The notes under the pieces: generated by a model
What the model was told of the DNA's origin: nothing
Databases searched by the model: none
Seen by the model: only the letters and a program-made list of their open reading frames with translations
Made by a program: the position numbers and the translations under genes
Shown here: positions 28,490 through 38,228 of the stretch, piece by piece
How positions within the stretch are numbered: position 1 is the first letter of the stretch
Layout: each line of letters begins with the position of its first letter
IMG/VR virus record: IMGVR_UViG_3300035670_000105
Coordinates: 26,163 to 90,162 of that record
Length of the DNA stretch: 64,000 nt
Origin: a virus
Strand: one strand, 5' to 3'

Positions 28490-28911
28490 ACCTGAGGAGG
28501 GGTGAGAGTGTAGATCGAATCCAGATTACTGAGTTCAAGGACAGTTTGAAGTTCAGTCAGTTGCTCAGCGCTGAAAGTGCCGGCCTGCAGGATGGCCAGC
28601 ATTGACTGTTGGATCGCTGCTTCATACGGCCGCCCGGCTTTGGCGTCACCCAACAAGGCAATGAACTCGGTGCCGAGGGTGTTCATCGGCAGGCTGACCA
28701 TCGATTGCTCGCGGATGGCGGCATAGAGGCTGCTGGCCATCAGGCCCTCCCAGAAGGCGAAGTAGTCGGGCGCCGGGGGTGGATCGCTGGCAGGGATGCC
28801 AGGGTTCTCCGCCTCAGCCCGTTCGGCATCGGTGAGCGGGAAGTCATCGGGATGCCCGATCTGGCCGTCGTATTCGATGGTGCCGTTCGGGAAGATGTTC
28901 TGGAGGGTCAT
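28486..28911 (-). CDS. Putative fibre assembly/chaperone protein
   Basis: Directly downstream of the long fibre gene. Confidence 0.5.
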   Translation of the reverse strand: MTLQNIFPNGTIEYDGQIGHPDDFPLTDAERAEAENPGIPASDPPPAPDYFAFWEGLMASSLYAAIREQSMVSLPMNTLGTEFIALLGDAKAGRPYEAAIQQSMLAILQAGTFSAEQLTELQTVLELSNLDSIYTLTPPQV

Positions 28912-28913
28912 GA

Positions 28914-31900
28914 TCAGGCGATGCGATAGGTGATGAAGGTGTTGGCGGCAGTCTTGCGGGTCAGGAAGCGACCGCTGCTGTTGGCAGCAACGACCATGTT
29001 GCCGACGACTGTGTGCCCGGTGTTCTGCACCACCGTGATGGCGTGAGTGGCAGCTGCGAGGTTGACGACACTCCATTCAAACGACTGTTCTGTCTGCAGC
29101 TCCTGGAAGGCCGCATCCATGTTGGTGCCAGTGGGCAGGGTGTAGTTAATGGCTGCCGCTGGTGTACCGGTGCGCAGTCCATCCAGCATGGATGCTGCGG
29201 TGATCGTGACACTGGTGTTTGATGCGGCAGCAGCAGTGTTGTATGTGACGGTAGTGCCGCTGCGAACATCCCCGGCGAAGTAATTCGGGGCGGTGCCAGC
29301 GGCGTAGAAGTTCCAGCGGCCTGTGGTTGAACTGAGATTGCCGTAGAAGCCGTAGTTGTCGGTTGCTTGCGTGAGGTTGGCGTTCGCATGAAAGCCGATC
29401 TGAGTCGTGATTGTCGATCCGGCGCCCTTGGTTTGACCGGTTGCATGGAAGTGCTGGAGGCTTGGAAGTGTGAATGTTGCAGCGGCGGTAGTTAGTTGGG
29501 TGACGTAGCCATAGGCGGCGGCTGTTACATCGCTTTGAACCGTAGATACAGTGAAATTGGCATAAGAAGTAGTGCCACCCGTGATTGCCCCTTGGTTGTA
29601 AAGCGTGACAGTTGCAGCGCCCCCACCTCCAATCGCAACATTGCCATCCCCACGGACGCGAATCCGCTCGGTGCCGGCAGTGCTGATTCCGATGGTGTCC
29701 CCCGCAGGGCGGAAGAACCCAGTGTTCTCATCGCCGTCCCAGGTAAAGCCAGGAGCGCCAGCCGTGTCGGCGCCGATGCCTTGGATTTGGCCATTGAACC
29801 GAGCGCTTCCGGCGACATACAGAAGATCGCCGGTATCACTGGTGCTGCCAATTCCCACGCGCCCAGCAAAGTAGTTGGGGGCATCGCCATCCATGTAGGT
29901 GTTCCAGCAACCCGCATTCGCCGGCAAGGTCGCCCTGAAGGCGTAGTTGCTGACGCCACCAACCATCGTGGAGTCAACCCTGAAGCCATGCTGGCCAGTA
30001 ACTACTGAGCCAGCTCCAAACGTTGTTTGCGACGCTCGGTAGTGGTCGAGGTTGACCACCGTAAAAGCTGCTGCCGCCGTGCCGAGCAATGTTCGGTAGC
30101 CATAAGCCGTGGCTGTTACATCGCTCTGAACTGTTGCAGTGGTGTAGTTGGCGTAAGCTGTTGTTGCGCCTGTAATTGGCCCCTGATTGCGGAAGGTTGA
30201 ATCGGCGCCGCCACTGCCCCCAATCGCAACATTCCCATCACTGCGGATCCGCATCCGCTCAACAGCGGTGCCGCTGCCTGCAGGGGTGGTGCTGAAGATC
30301 AGGCGACCGGGCATGACACCCGCACTCGGGGTGCCATCCACTTGACAGGTAATCTCGCCGGCCTTGATGAAGTTTGTGCCATCAGAGCCGACCCAATCGT
30401 GGACACCCAAACCAAAACCATTGGTGACAATCAAATGGGTGCCGATTGTCGTGCTTGCGCTTGCGGCTTGGCGCCAGACAGGTGTTGTACCGAAATGAGC
30501 CTGCGTGCTGATCCTGCCGTTATTGGCACCACCAGCTTGTATTTGGAATATCCCAACGGAGCCAGCCCCATCATTCAGTATGGTGCTACCACCAACAATC
30601 AGGCGTGCATTCGTGAAAATACCTCCGCTGCTTAGCGTGAGTCTCTCCGTGCCACCCGTCGCAATTCCAACCGTGTTCGCCGCTGGCAGGTAGAGCCCGT
30701 TAGCCGGAACCGTGGCACTGGTGGGGATGAAGCTGCCGGATGTAAATGTTCCTCCTGCCGTGATGTTGCCATCACTACCAATCCGCATCCGCTCCGTGAG
30801 CGTGTTCCCCGCACCACTCCCCGTCGTCCAGAAGGTCAGCGCCTGATCGGCACCAGTGGTATCCGCCACGGTGTTGGCGATCTTGGAGCGCACCATTGCT
30901 CCAGGGCCGTTGGCATCAGCGGAGAAGAACTCCAGCGCCGAGCTGTCGGTGTTGGCGGTGAAGGCGCCGCTGTAAGTGTCTCGCAGGCGGATGACGGGGC
31001 CTACGGTTGTTGAGGTCCCGGCCTTGGCAACTTCAAGGCTGACGCCTGGCGTCGTGATGCCGATGCCGACATTGCCGGCGAAGTAGTTATCGGCTGTACC
31101 ATTGGCGTAGAAGTTCCAACGACCAGCGGCTGAGGCCAGGTTGCTGTAGAAGCCGAAGTTGTTGGTGGCGTCTGTCAGGGTAGAAGCCGCTACAAAACCA
31201 TACTGATTAGTTATGGTTGAGCCGGCGCCTTTTGTAGTTGCGTTTGCAGAGAAGTGATGAATGTTTACAACGGTAAAAGCTGCTGCTGCAGTCGTGAGGC
31301 TAGTCGAGTAACCAAGCGCGGTTCCGGTTACATCGCTCTGCACGGAGCTGGCTGTCAGATTTGCGTATGCACTCGTCCCCCCTGAGATAGTTGTTTGGTT
31401 GTAAAGCCCCACGATGGCAGATCCCGTGCCTCCAATCCCGATATTCCCGTCACTGCGGATCCGCATCCGCTCCAATGGGCCATTGGCACCTTCCGGGGTA
31501 GTCCTGAAGCGAAGATCACCCGGCATTGCTGTGCCGGAAACCGTGCCAGCACAGAACCCTTGAATATCAGCAGCGCGAGTGAAGATCGTCCCGTTGGAGC
31601 CCTGGAACTGAAAAGAGCCAAGCAGGGTGCCGCTTATGACAGCCGTGTGTGCGCCAATCGTATCAGAATTGCTTTTTGCAACGACGAATGCCGGAGCAAC
31701 GGTTGTCAGGAATCCGTTGTAGAAACCGATTGCAGTGTTATGTGTAAAACCGCCAAAAGTTCCCGCCATTGTCCATCCGGCGGCTATATTGCCAAGATCA
31801 TTATCCGACCTGCTGATATTAATTACTGACGCCGAGTTGAGCCTTGCTGTGCCAATTGAATCAACAAACAGTCGGCCCACGCCACCCGTCGCAATCCCAA

Positions 31901-33203
31901 CCGTGTTCGCCGCCGGCAGGTAGAGCCCGTTGGTCGGAACCGTGGCGCTGGTAGGGATCAGGCTGGCGCCTGTGATCGTCCCCGTGGTGCTGACCGCCTG
32001 GCTGCCGAAATCAGGGCTGATCTTGGTGCCAGCGATGGCAGCCGTATCGCTGACATCGGCATTGACGATGGAGCCAGCAGCAATCGCAGTGGCGAAGCTG
32101 ATGTTGCCGCTGCCGGTCCAGCTACCGGATACACCAGTCACGTCCCCGGTGAGTGTGATCGTGCGGCCGGTGGCCCAGGCTGATGCCGTGGCGGCGTTGC
32201 CCGTGACAGAGATGCCCCAGGTGCCGGAGGCGTTCGTTCCCGTCGTGCTCGGGGCGCCCACCGTGTTGTAGCTGACGGTCAGAGCCGAGCCGCCATTGAA
32301 GGTGGAGCCGGAGGCGCCGCCAGAGCCAGCGCTGTTAAAGGTGAGGCCGTTGCCGGTGTTGGCGGTGATCGTGATATTGGCGCTGCCGTTGAAGCTGACG
32401 CCATTGATGTTGCGGGGCGTTTGCAGAGTGGTCGCTGTGCTCGCGTTACCGCTCAATGCGGCGGTGATTGTACCGGCCGAAAAATTGCCCGAGGCGTCGC
32501 GGGCCACGATTGCTGATGCCGTGTTGCTGCTGGCAGCGGTGGTGGCGCTGTTGGCCACCTTGCCGGCGGTGCTGATCGTCGCCAGCTTGCTGTCGGTAAT
32601 CCCCGCAGTGGCATTGATGTCGTCGTTGACGATGGCGCCGGGGGCGATCATCGCCGATGTCACCGTGCCGCTGTCAGCACTGGTGATGATGGTGCCGCTG
32701 CGGTCAGGGGCGATGAGCTGGCGGTTGCCGCTCAGCGCATCCGGCCGCAGCGTCACCCGATAGCTGCTGCTCCCACCAGCGCGGCCGGCGATGATGATTC
32801 CATCCTCAGCAGCGGTGTCGGTGCCAAAGATCTGACCGCTGCTATCCAGGAAGCTGTTGGCGCCTGTGAAGACGTTGTTGGCGCCGCTGCTGACATCGCC
32901 GAGGGTGGTGATGCTGTCAAGCTTGGTCTTGTCCGCTGCGCTCATCACCCCCGCCAGGGATGTCGTGGCGACAGGAAGCACCGCGTCATTCCCTGTGGCA
33001 CCGACCGTGACCGTGGTGCCATTGCGGCTGACGGTCAGATCAACACGCTTGTAGGGCAGGTCGCTCCATGCCGTGACACCATCGCCAACCTTCTGCAGCG
33101 TGGTGTCGCTTTCTGTTCCGATTTCACCGGCGCCCAGGATGGGATTGACGCTGCTCCAGTTGGCAGCGGTGTCAGTGCGCGGCAGGATCTGCCTGACTTC
33201 CAC
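28914..33203 (-). CDS. Long tail fibre protein
   Basis: N-terminal TAANWSSVNPILGAGEIGTESDT..KVGDGVTAWSDLPY; G/T/A/S-rich; ERMRIxSDGN-type repeats. Confidence 0.85.
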   Translation of the reverse strand: MEVRQILPRTDTAANWSSVNPILGAGEIGTESDTTLQKVGDGVTAWSDLPYKRVDLTVSRNGTTVTVGATGNDAVLPVATTSLAGVMSAADKTKLDSITTLGDVSSGANNVFTGANSFLDSSGQIFGTDTAAEDGIIIAGRAGGSSSYRVTLRPDALSGNRQLIAPDRSGTIITSADSGTVTSAMIAPGAIVNDDINATAGITDSKLATISTAGKVANSATTAASSNTASAIVARDASGNFSAGTITAALSGNASTATTLQTPRNINGVSFNGSANITITANTGNGLTFNSAGSGGASGSTFNGGSALTVSYNTVGAPSTTGTNASGTWGISVTGNAATASAWATGRTITLTGDVTGVSGSWTGSGNISFATAIAAGSIVNADVSDTAAIAGTKISPDFGSQAVSTTGTITGASLIPTSATVPTNGLYLPAANTVGIATGGVGRLFVDSIGTARLNSASVINISRSDNDLGNIAAGWTMAGTFGGFTHNTAIGFYNGFLTTVAPAFVVAKSNSDTIGAHTAVISGTLLGSFQFQGSNGTIFTRAADIQGFCAGTVSGTAMPGDLRFRTTPEGANGPLERMRIRSDGNIGIGGTGSAIVGLYNQTTISGGTSAYANLTASSVQSDVTGTALGYSTSLTTAAAAFTVVNIHHFSANATTKGAGSTITNQYGFVAASTLTDATNNFGFYSNLASAAGRWNFYANGTADNYFAGNVGIGITTPGVSLEVAKAGTSTTVGPVIRLRDTYSGAFTANTDSSALEFFSADANGPGAMVRSKIANTVADTTGADQALTFWTTGSGAGNTLTERMRIGSDGNITAGGTFTSGSFIPTSATVPANGLYLPAANTVGIATGGTERLTLSSGGIFTNARLIVGGSTILNDGAGSVGIFQIQAGGANNGRISTQAHFGTTPVWRQAASASTTIGTHLIVTNGFGLGVHDWVGSDGTNFIKAGEITCQVDGTPSAGVMPGRLIFSTTPAGSGTAVERMRIRSDGNVAIGGSGGADSTFRNQGPITGATTAYANYTTATVQSDVTATAYGYRTLLGTAAAAFTVVNLDHYRASQTTFGAGSVVTGQHGFRVDSTMVGGVSNYAFRATLPANAGCWNTYMDGDAPNYFAGRVGIGSTSDTGDLLYVAGSARFNGQIQGIGADTAGAPGFTWDGDENTGFFRPAGDTIGISTAGTERIRVRGDGNVAIGGGGAATVTLYNQGAITGGTTSYANFTVSTVQSDVTAAAYGYVTQLTTAAATFTLPSLQHFHATGQTKGAGSTITTQIGFHANANLTQATDNYGFYGNLSSTTGRWNFYAAGTAPNYFAGDVRSGTTVTYNTAAAASNTSVTITAASMLDGLRTGTPAAAINYTLPTGTNMDAAFQELQTEQSFEWSVVNLAAATHAITVVQNTGHTVVGNMVVAANSSGRFLTRKTAANTFITYRIA

Positions 33204-33226
33204 TTCGGCGCGTCTTCGTCTGAAGG

Positions 33227-33235
33227 GAGGGTATG
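33227..33235 (-). promoter_or_regulatory. CATACCCTC promoter motif
   Basis: 23 nt before the fibre start. Confidence 0.7.
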
Positions 33236-33242
33236 GAGCGGC

Positions 33243-33710
33243 TCAGGCCACCAAAGTGGCAATGCCGCGCAACAGCACCATCCGCTTCTCCGATGGATTG
33301 ATCTGCAGCAGATCCCAGTGGGTGACATCCGGCAGCAAGCCGATCCAGGCGGCGCCGCCACTGAGCGGTTCACTGGAGAACACCGTGGCTGCGCTGCCGC
33401 CGCTCAGTGGCGGCGGATCGCCGGTTTCGTCCGCGTTCCCGCCACTGATGGGCTCATCACTGGTGAGGATGCCGCGAGCAACGGCCGATGTGAGCTGCAG
33501 CGTCAACCCACCATTGCCGCCATCCACCACCGGCACCTCCAGATCGAGGTAGTGGGTGGAGCGATCCAGCGCCCACAGCTGGGCCAGGTAGCGATACCCC
33601 TGCAGCATGACCGCTGCTGAGCCACCATGACAGCGCAGCTGGATGTCCTGCAGGAAGCCGCTGTCCCTGGAGATCGGCAGGTCAAAGGTGGCTGGCGATG
33701 GTGTCGTCAT
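33243..33710 (-). CDS. Putative baseplate/fibre adaptor protein
   Basis: YLAQLW...GLTLQLT...WDLLQINP...LLRG pattern. Confidence 0.5.
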   Translation of the reverse strand: MTTPSPATFDLPISRDSGFLQDIQLRCHGGSAAVMLQGYRYLAQLWALDRSTHYLDLEVPVVDGGNGGLTLQLTSAVARGILTSDEPISGGNADETGDPPPLSGGSAATVFSSEPLSGGAAWIGLLPDVTHWDLLQINPSEKRMVLLRGIATLVA

Positions 33711-35845
33711 CAGGCCTGGAAGCGATAGATCCTGACCTCGCCCCGTGCGCCGGCACCGGAGCTGCTGCCGGTCTGCGTGCCGCCACCGCCACCGCCGGGA
33801 ATCTGTCCGCCCTGGCCGGACGATGTGGTGCCGCCAGCGCCGCCGGTGCCAGCGAGCAGGGAGCTGCCGCCACCACTGCCGCTGCCGGTGCTGCGCCCGC
33901 CGCCACCGCCGCCGAACATCGAGGGCCCGCCATTGCCGCCACCACCGCCGTACACCGACGGCTGACCGCTGGCGCCGCCGATAAATCCGCCCTCTGCAAA
34001 GCCGGACAGGCTGATCGCGTCGGGGTCGAACACCCCGCCACCCGCTCCGCCATTGCCAGTGGAGATGCCGCCGCGGCCTCCGAAGACGCCGAGGTGCAGG
34101 CCAAATGCGCTGGTGCCGCCGGCATTGCCGTTGGCGCCGCCCAGGGCCGTCACTGCGCCACCGCCGGCGCCAACCGTGACGGCTTCGGTGCTGGCGATCG
34201 CCGATGCGGCCATGAAGCGACTGACCATACCACCACCACCGCCGCCGCCGGCCGGATCACTGGTGGCACTGCGGGCGCCACTGCCGCCGCCGCCGATCAC
34301 CTCGATCCAGTAGGCGATGTCCTTGGGATCCTTGGCGAAGGTGCCATTGGCGGTGAACACCTCCAGCACCACGCTGGTGGAGGGCCCCAGGGCGCTGATC
34401 GCCTGCGCCACCCGCTCCGGTGTCATCAGCTTGGTGCTGATCACGCCGGCTTCCGCTTCCGCCTGACTGGCGATCGTGGGTGAGATGACGGGGTTGGCGG
34501 AGACGCCATCACCGTTGGCCACGGTGATGCCATTGCCGCCGGTGATGCTGCGAGCCGTCACCGTGCCGTTGCCGGTGCGGGTGATCAGGCCGTTGCTGGC
34601 CAGCTGATGCAGGGCGAGGGCCTGCCCGGTCAACGCCAGGTTGCGATCGGCGCCGAGGTTGCCGCCGCCACTGAGGCCCGTGCCTGCTGCGGTGTTGATC
34701 GCCCGGGTGGTGTCCACCTTGCCGGCAACCGCCTGCGCCGTCCGCAGGGGGGACATCACCACATCCGTTGCGCTGCCGGCCTCGGCCTGCACCTGCGACG
34801 CGAAGGACACCGTCAAGGTGCGGGAGGCCGAGAGATCCCCGCCGCCGGTGAGGCCCGTGCCGGCAATCACCTGCCGGCTGTTCGGCACCTTGTTGTCGTT
34901 CAGCGCCTTCCCCTGCGCTGCCGACAGCGGGCTGTCGGTGCTGCTGGACGACAGATCGTTGACGGTGCGGGCGCTGATCGCCTGATGCACCCGCAGGGGG
35001 CTGCAGCTGGTGCTCGCATCCACGCCGGCCTGCGCCTGCGCCTGGGAGGAGAAGGCAACCGCGAAACTCCGGTCCGCCGAGAGATCACCGCCGCCGCTGA
35101 GCCCCGTGCCGGCAGTGATGCTGCGGCTGGTGTTCACCTTGCCGGCAACGGCCTGCGCTGTCCGCAGGGGAGACATCACCACATCTGTTGCACTGCCGGC
35201 CTCGGCCTGCACCTGGGAGGCGAACTCCACCGACAGGGTGATATTGCCGCTGAGGGCGCCGCCGCCATCGAGGCCTGTGCCGGCTGTCACCGTGCGGGAA
35301 GCTGGGACCGGGCCGGAGGCCAGCAGCTGCGCCGCATCCACCACGCGGCCGGCGGTGCCGGCTGCAATGGCAGCACTGTCCGCCAGCTGCACCACGCCAA
35401 CGGCGGAGGTGGTGGCCGCGGCCACAGCGATCAGGGGTGTGGTGCTTCCGTTGGTGACGCTGACTGGCGCGGTGCCGGACACCAGCGACACCGAGCCCGG
35501 GGTGCTGGCTGCACCGAGGGCGTGGAGGGTGCCGTCAGGATCGATCTGGCAGCTGGTGCCATCGGCCTTGATGCCGCCCAGCACCGTTGTCGTCGCCGGC
35601 GGCAGGCTGTAGTTGTTGGCGCCGGCCTCGATGCCGTCGAGCTTGGCCTGATCACTGATCGAGAGGCCGCCGGCAGGGGAGAAGATCAGATCGCCGTTGT
35701 CGTCGGTGACGATGAACGGCTGCGCCAGATCCCGCGCCCAGACCAGCTCGCCTTCCAGCAGATCGCCAGCGGCGAGTGCAATGTCAAGATCTGCCTTGTC
35801 GCCGCGGCCGGGCCGTATGGGTGTGCGCTGCTCCGGTGTTGCCAT
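33710..35845 (-). CDS. Tail fibre protein with glycine-rich C-terminal domain
   Basis: TAGTGLxGGGxL and ASQxxAEAG...MxPLRTAQA repeats; GGGGGG...GARGEVRI. Confidence 0.8.
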   Translation of the reverse strand: MATPEQRTPIRPGRGDKADLDIALAAGDLLEGELVWARDLAQPFIVTDDNGDLIFSPAGGLSISDQAKLDGIEAGANNYSLPPATTTVLGGIKADGTSCQIDPDGTLHALGAASTPGSVSLVSGTAPVSVTNGSTTPLIAVAAATTSAVGVVQLADSAAIAAGTAGRVVDAAQLLASGPVPASRTVTAGTGLDGGGALSGNITLSVEFASQVQAEAGSATDVVMSPLRTAQAVAGKVNTSRSITAGTGLSGGGDLSADRSFAVAFSSQAQAQAGVDASTSCSPLRVHQAISARTVNDLSSSSTDSPLSAAQGKALNDNKVPNSRQVIAGTGLTGGGDLSASRTLTVSFASQVQAEAGSATDVVMSPLRTAQAVAGKVDTTRAINTAAGTGLSGGGNLGADRNLALTGQALALHQLASNGLITRTGNGTVTARSITGGNGITVANGDGVSANPVISPTIASQAEAEAGVISTKLMTPERVAQAISALGPSTSVVLEVFTANGTFAKDPKDIAYWIEVIGGGGSGARSATSDPAGGGGGGGMVSRFMAASAIASTEAVTVGAGGGAVTALGGANGNAGGTSAFGLHLGVFGGRGGISTGNGGAGGGVFDPDAISLSGFAEGGFIGGASGQPSVYGGGGGNGGPSMFGGGGGGRSTGSGSGGGSSLLAGTGGAGGTTSSGQGGQIPGGGGGGTQTGSSSGAGARGEVRIYRFQA

Positions 35846-35858
35846 GCCAGCGCCTCCT

Positions 35859-36266
35859 TCAGCTCATGCGCAGGGAGAGATCGCCCTGCAGGAAGATCGC
35901 CGGATCACCTTCCAGCACTTCTGCTGCTGGATCGACGGTGCCGTAGAGGAGGCGATTGCCGCCGCTGCTGGCATCCCAGATCGCAAACGATCGGACCTCA
36001 ACAGTTGCCGTCGCCAGATCGGAGATGAAGGCCTGAATGTTCACCACCTGGCGGGTGCCTTCGCTCAGGCCATCGAGGAACCGCGTAGTGGAGAGCAGGG
36101 ATTGATCGATGGCGATGCGACCGCCCAGCACCGATGTGACATCGGCGCCGCTGCTGGCGATCGTGTCACTGTGCAGAGAGAGATAGAGCGCGGCAGGTGG
36201 CGACGGAAAAGCATTGCCTCGCAACCAATCGAGCACGCCATCCTGCAGAGTTCGATCGAGCGCCAC
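35859..36266 (-). CDS. Putative tail protein
   Basis: LYLSLH...FAIWDASSGGNRLLYG. Confidence 0.65.
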   Translation of the reverse strand: MALDRTLQDGVLDWLRGNAFPSPPAALYLSLHSDTIASSGADVTSVLGGRIAIDQSLLSTTRFLDGLSEGTRQVVNIQAFISDLATATVEVRSFAIWDASSGGNRLLYGTVDPAAEVLEGDPAIFLQGDLSLRMS

Positions 36267-36290
36267 CGCAATCCTCTGATCCTCAGTGGC

Positions 36291-36299
36291 GAGGGTATG
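36291..36299 (-). promoter_or_regulatory. CATACCCTC promoter motif
   Basis: 24 nt before GTG 36266. Confidence 0.7.
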
Positions 36300-36311
36300 G
36301 AGCGCAGTGAA

Positions 36312-36542
36312 TCAGTCCGAGAAGATGCCACCGTCGGCGATCTGCGCCATCGGCAACAGCACCATGGCGCCAGTGCCGAAATCTCCGCCATCAGCGGGGC
36401 GATCCGGGTGGCCGCTGGACAGCCCCGTGCGCCAGTCACCACCATCCAGCCCAAGCAGTTGCCGGGCTGCCGCCAGTGCCGATGGCGGCTGGCTGGCGCT
36501 GTAGCGCACCACGCCATTGCGCAGCTCCGCCGGCCTGACCAT
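36312..36542 (-). CDS. Hypothetical protein
   Basis: TGATG coupling; ADGGDF motifs. Confidence 0.5.
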   Translation of the reverse strand: MVRPAELRNGVVRYSASQPPSALAAARQLLGLDGGDWRTGLSSGHPDRPADGGDFGTGAMVLLPMAQIADGGIFSD

Positions 36543-36883
36543 CAGCTGCTCACCACCAGGGATGCGGTGATCTCAAACGCATTGCCGATCGACGCCGTGC
36601 CCCGCAGTCGCTCGCCGGCCTTGAGCACCAACTTGCCATTGCCTTCGATCAGCTCCTGGCGGCTGTCGGCCAGCAGTGCCTCCTTGTGGGCGTAGCGACT
36701 GATGGTGGCGCCGCCGCTGTTGACGATCGAGATGATCACATCGGCAGTGTTGCTGCTGACGTTGCAGACATTGAGGCCGATCACCAGGGCTCGCTCATTG
36801 CCCGTCACATTCGGCACTGCATAGATGTCAGTGGCATTGGTGTTGGTGAGAACGGCGCTGGCGCGCTCCAGGACATCGGCCAT
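36542..36883 (-). CDS. Putative virion structural protein
   Basis: IYAVP...LNVCN...KLVLKAGERL. Confidence 0.65.
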   Translation of the reverse strand: MADVLERASAVLTNTNATDIYAVPNVTGNERALVIGLNVCNVSSNTADVIISIVNSGGATISRYAHKEALLADSRQELIEGNGKLVLKAGERLRGTASIGNAFEITASLVVSS

Positions 36884-36902
36884 GGCATTGCGGCAAGTGG
36901 AT

Positions 36903-37112
36903 TCAGCTGTAGGCCATCGTCAAGGCAATGCCGCGCTGCTGGGCGCTGATCGCCTGAGCCGTGCGCAGCGGTGTCATCAGCCCGGTGTTCAACACGCCGG
37001 CCTCCGCTTCCGCCTGACTGACTGCTGCCGGTGTGTCACCAGCTTCCCCCTGGGGCCCCGGAATCAGCACCTCCAGGGTGGTGTTGTTGGTGACGGTGGT
37101 GATCGCCGGCAT
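36903..37112 (-). CDS. Small fibre-repeat protein
   Basis: SQAEAEAG...MTPLRTAQAISA shared with the 33710-35845 fibre; SD GGAGG and promoter motif. Confidence 0.6.
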   Translation of the reverse strand: MPAITTVTNNTTLEVLIPGPQGEAGDTPAAVSQAEAEAGVLNTGLMTPLRTAQAISAQQRGIALTMAYS

Positions 37113-37132
37113 GGAGGTGCCTCCTACCAGTC

Positions 37133-37141
37133 GAGGGTATG
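37133..37141 (-). promoter_or_regulatory. CATACCCTC promoter motif
   Basis: 20 nt before ATG 37112. Confidence 0.7.
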
Positions 37142-37145
37142 GCGA

Positions 37146-38192
37146 TCAGGGATCTGGCGTGCTCACGCCCCAGCGCACGGTGACATCACCAGTGAGCAGG
37201 TAGGCCAGGGCGCCGGTGCCATCCACCGCGCTCAGATCAAACACCACCACCTCACCGTCGTAGAGCCCCACCGCCGCACTCTGCTCCGGCGTGAGCGCAC
37301 TGATCACTGGCCCGCCGGCAGTGGGGGACGTGATGGTGATGGAGCACAGGGCGTAGCGCTGGCTGCGGTCCTGGTTCCAGATCGCTCCAGTGAACGTCAG
37401 ATCACTGAGATCACGCAGAGCGCCGGTGCCTTGATCGACCAACCGGACGATCACAGCCCAGTCCGTTCCAGTCACCAGTTCGGGGGCATCCAGCGCCGCG
37501 GGGACGATGAAGATCCCGGCGCCCATCTCGCGGCCCTGATCATCCACCCAGGTCATCGGCGCCAGCTGGGCAGTGGCTGAACCACTGCCGGCGGCAATCG
37601 AGCGGCAGCGGGCAGTGGAGCCCTGCACTGCCAGGATCTGCCCCTGTCCGCCGCCGCCGCCGCCACCCTGCCCCTGCAGTGCCGGTTGCTCCAGCCTGAG
37701 CTGATGGGGACTGGCGCCGCTGGCGATGAGCGGAATGCCGCGGCCCAGCCGTCCACTGCCGCCGCCCTGGCCAGCGGCGATGGCATTGGCGAGGCGAACC
37801 CGATGCGGCCTGGCCTCGATCGTCAGCCCAAGCTCCACCTGCTCGGGAATCAACAGGGCGGCGATGATGCGGTAGTCGCCGGCCGGCAGCTGCTGCCACT
37901 CCAGTTGGCCGCAGGCGCTGGTGACAGCCGCCACCGCTTGACCAGTGCTGTCGATCAGGGTGATCTGGATGTGAACGGCGTAGCGATCACTGCCATCCCG
38001 CGCCAGCCGCAATTCAAAGCGGCGGGGGCTGCTGATCCCATACACCGCCGTGGATGGCAGTGCTTCATATCCCAGCTGCTGCCGCCGCTCGATCGGCGCT
38101 GGATTGACGCGGGAGAGATCGATGGCAACCGGGATGGGCCGGCCGATGGTGCCGCCGCTGGCCGCGCCCTCCCGCCTGACCGTCAACGCCAC
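37146..38192 (-). CDS. Putative virion/baseplate protein
   Basis: C-terminal DLSDLTFTGAI...ALTPEQS...FDL. Confidence 0.55.
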   Translation of the reverse strand: MALTVRREGAASGGTIGRPIPVAIDLSRVNPAPIERRQQLGYEALPSTAVYGISSPRRFELRLARDGSDRYAVHIQITLIDSTGQAVAAVTSACGQLEWQQLPAGDYRIIAALLIPEQVELGLTIEARPHRVRLANAIAAGQGGGSGRLGRGIPLIASGASPHQLRLEQPALQGQGGGGGGGQGQILAVQGSTARCRSIAAGSGSATAQLAPMTWVDDQGREMGAGIFIVPAALDAPELVTGTDWAVIVRLVDQGTGALRDLSDLTFTGAIWNQDRSQRYALCSITITSPTAGGPVISALTPEQSAAVGLYDGEVVVFDLSAVDGTGALAYLLTGDVTVRWGVSTPDP

Positions 38193-38228
38193 GCTGTCCC
38201 CCCCCGCCTGCGGCTTGAGGGTATTCAG

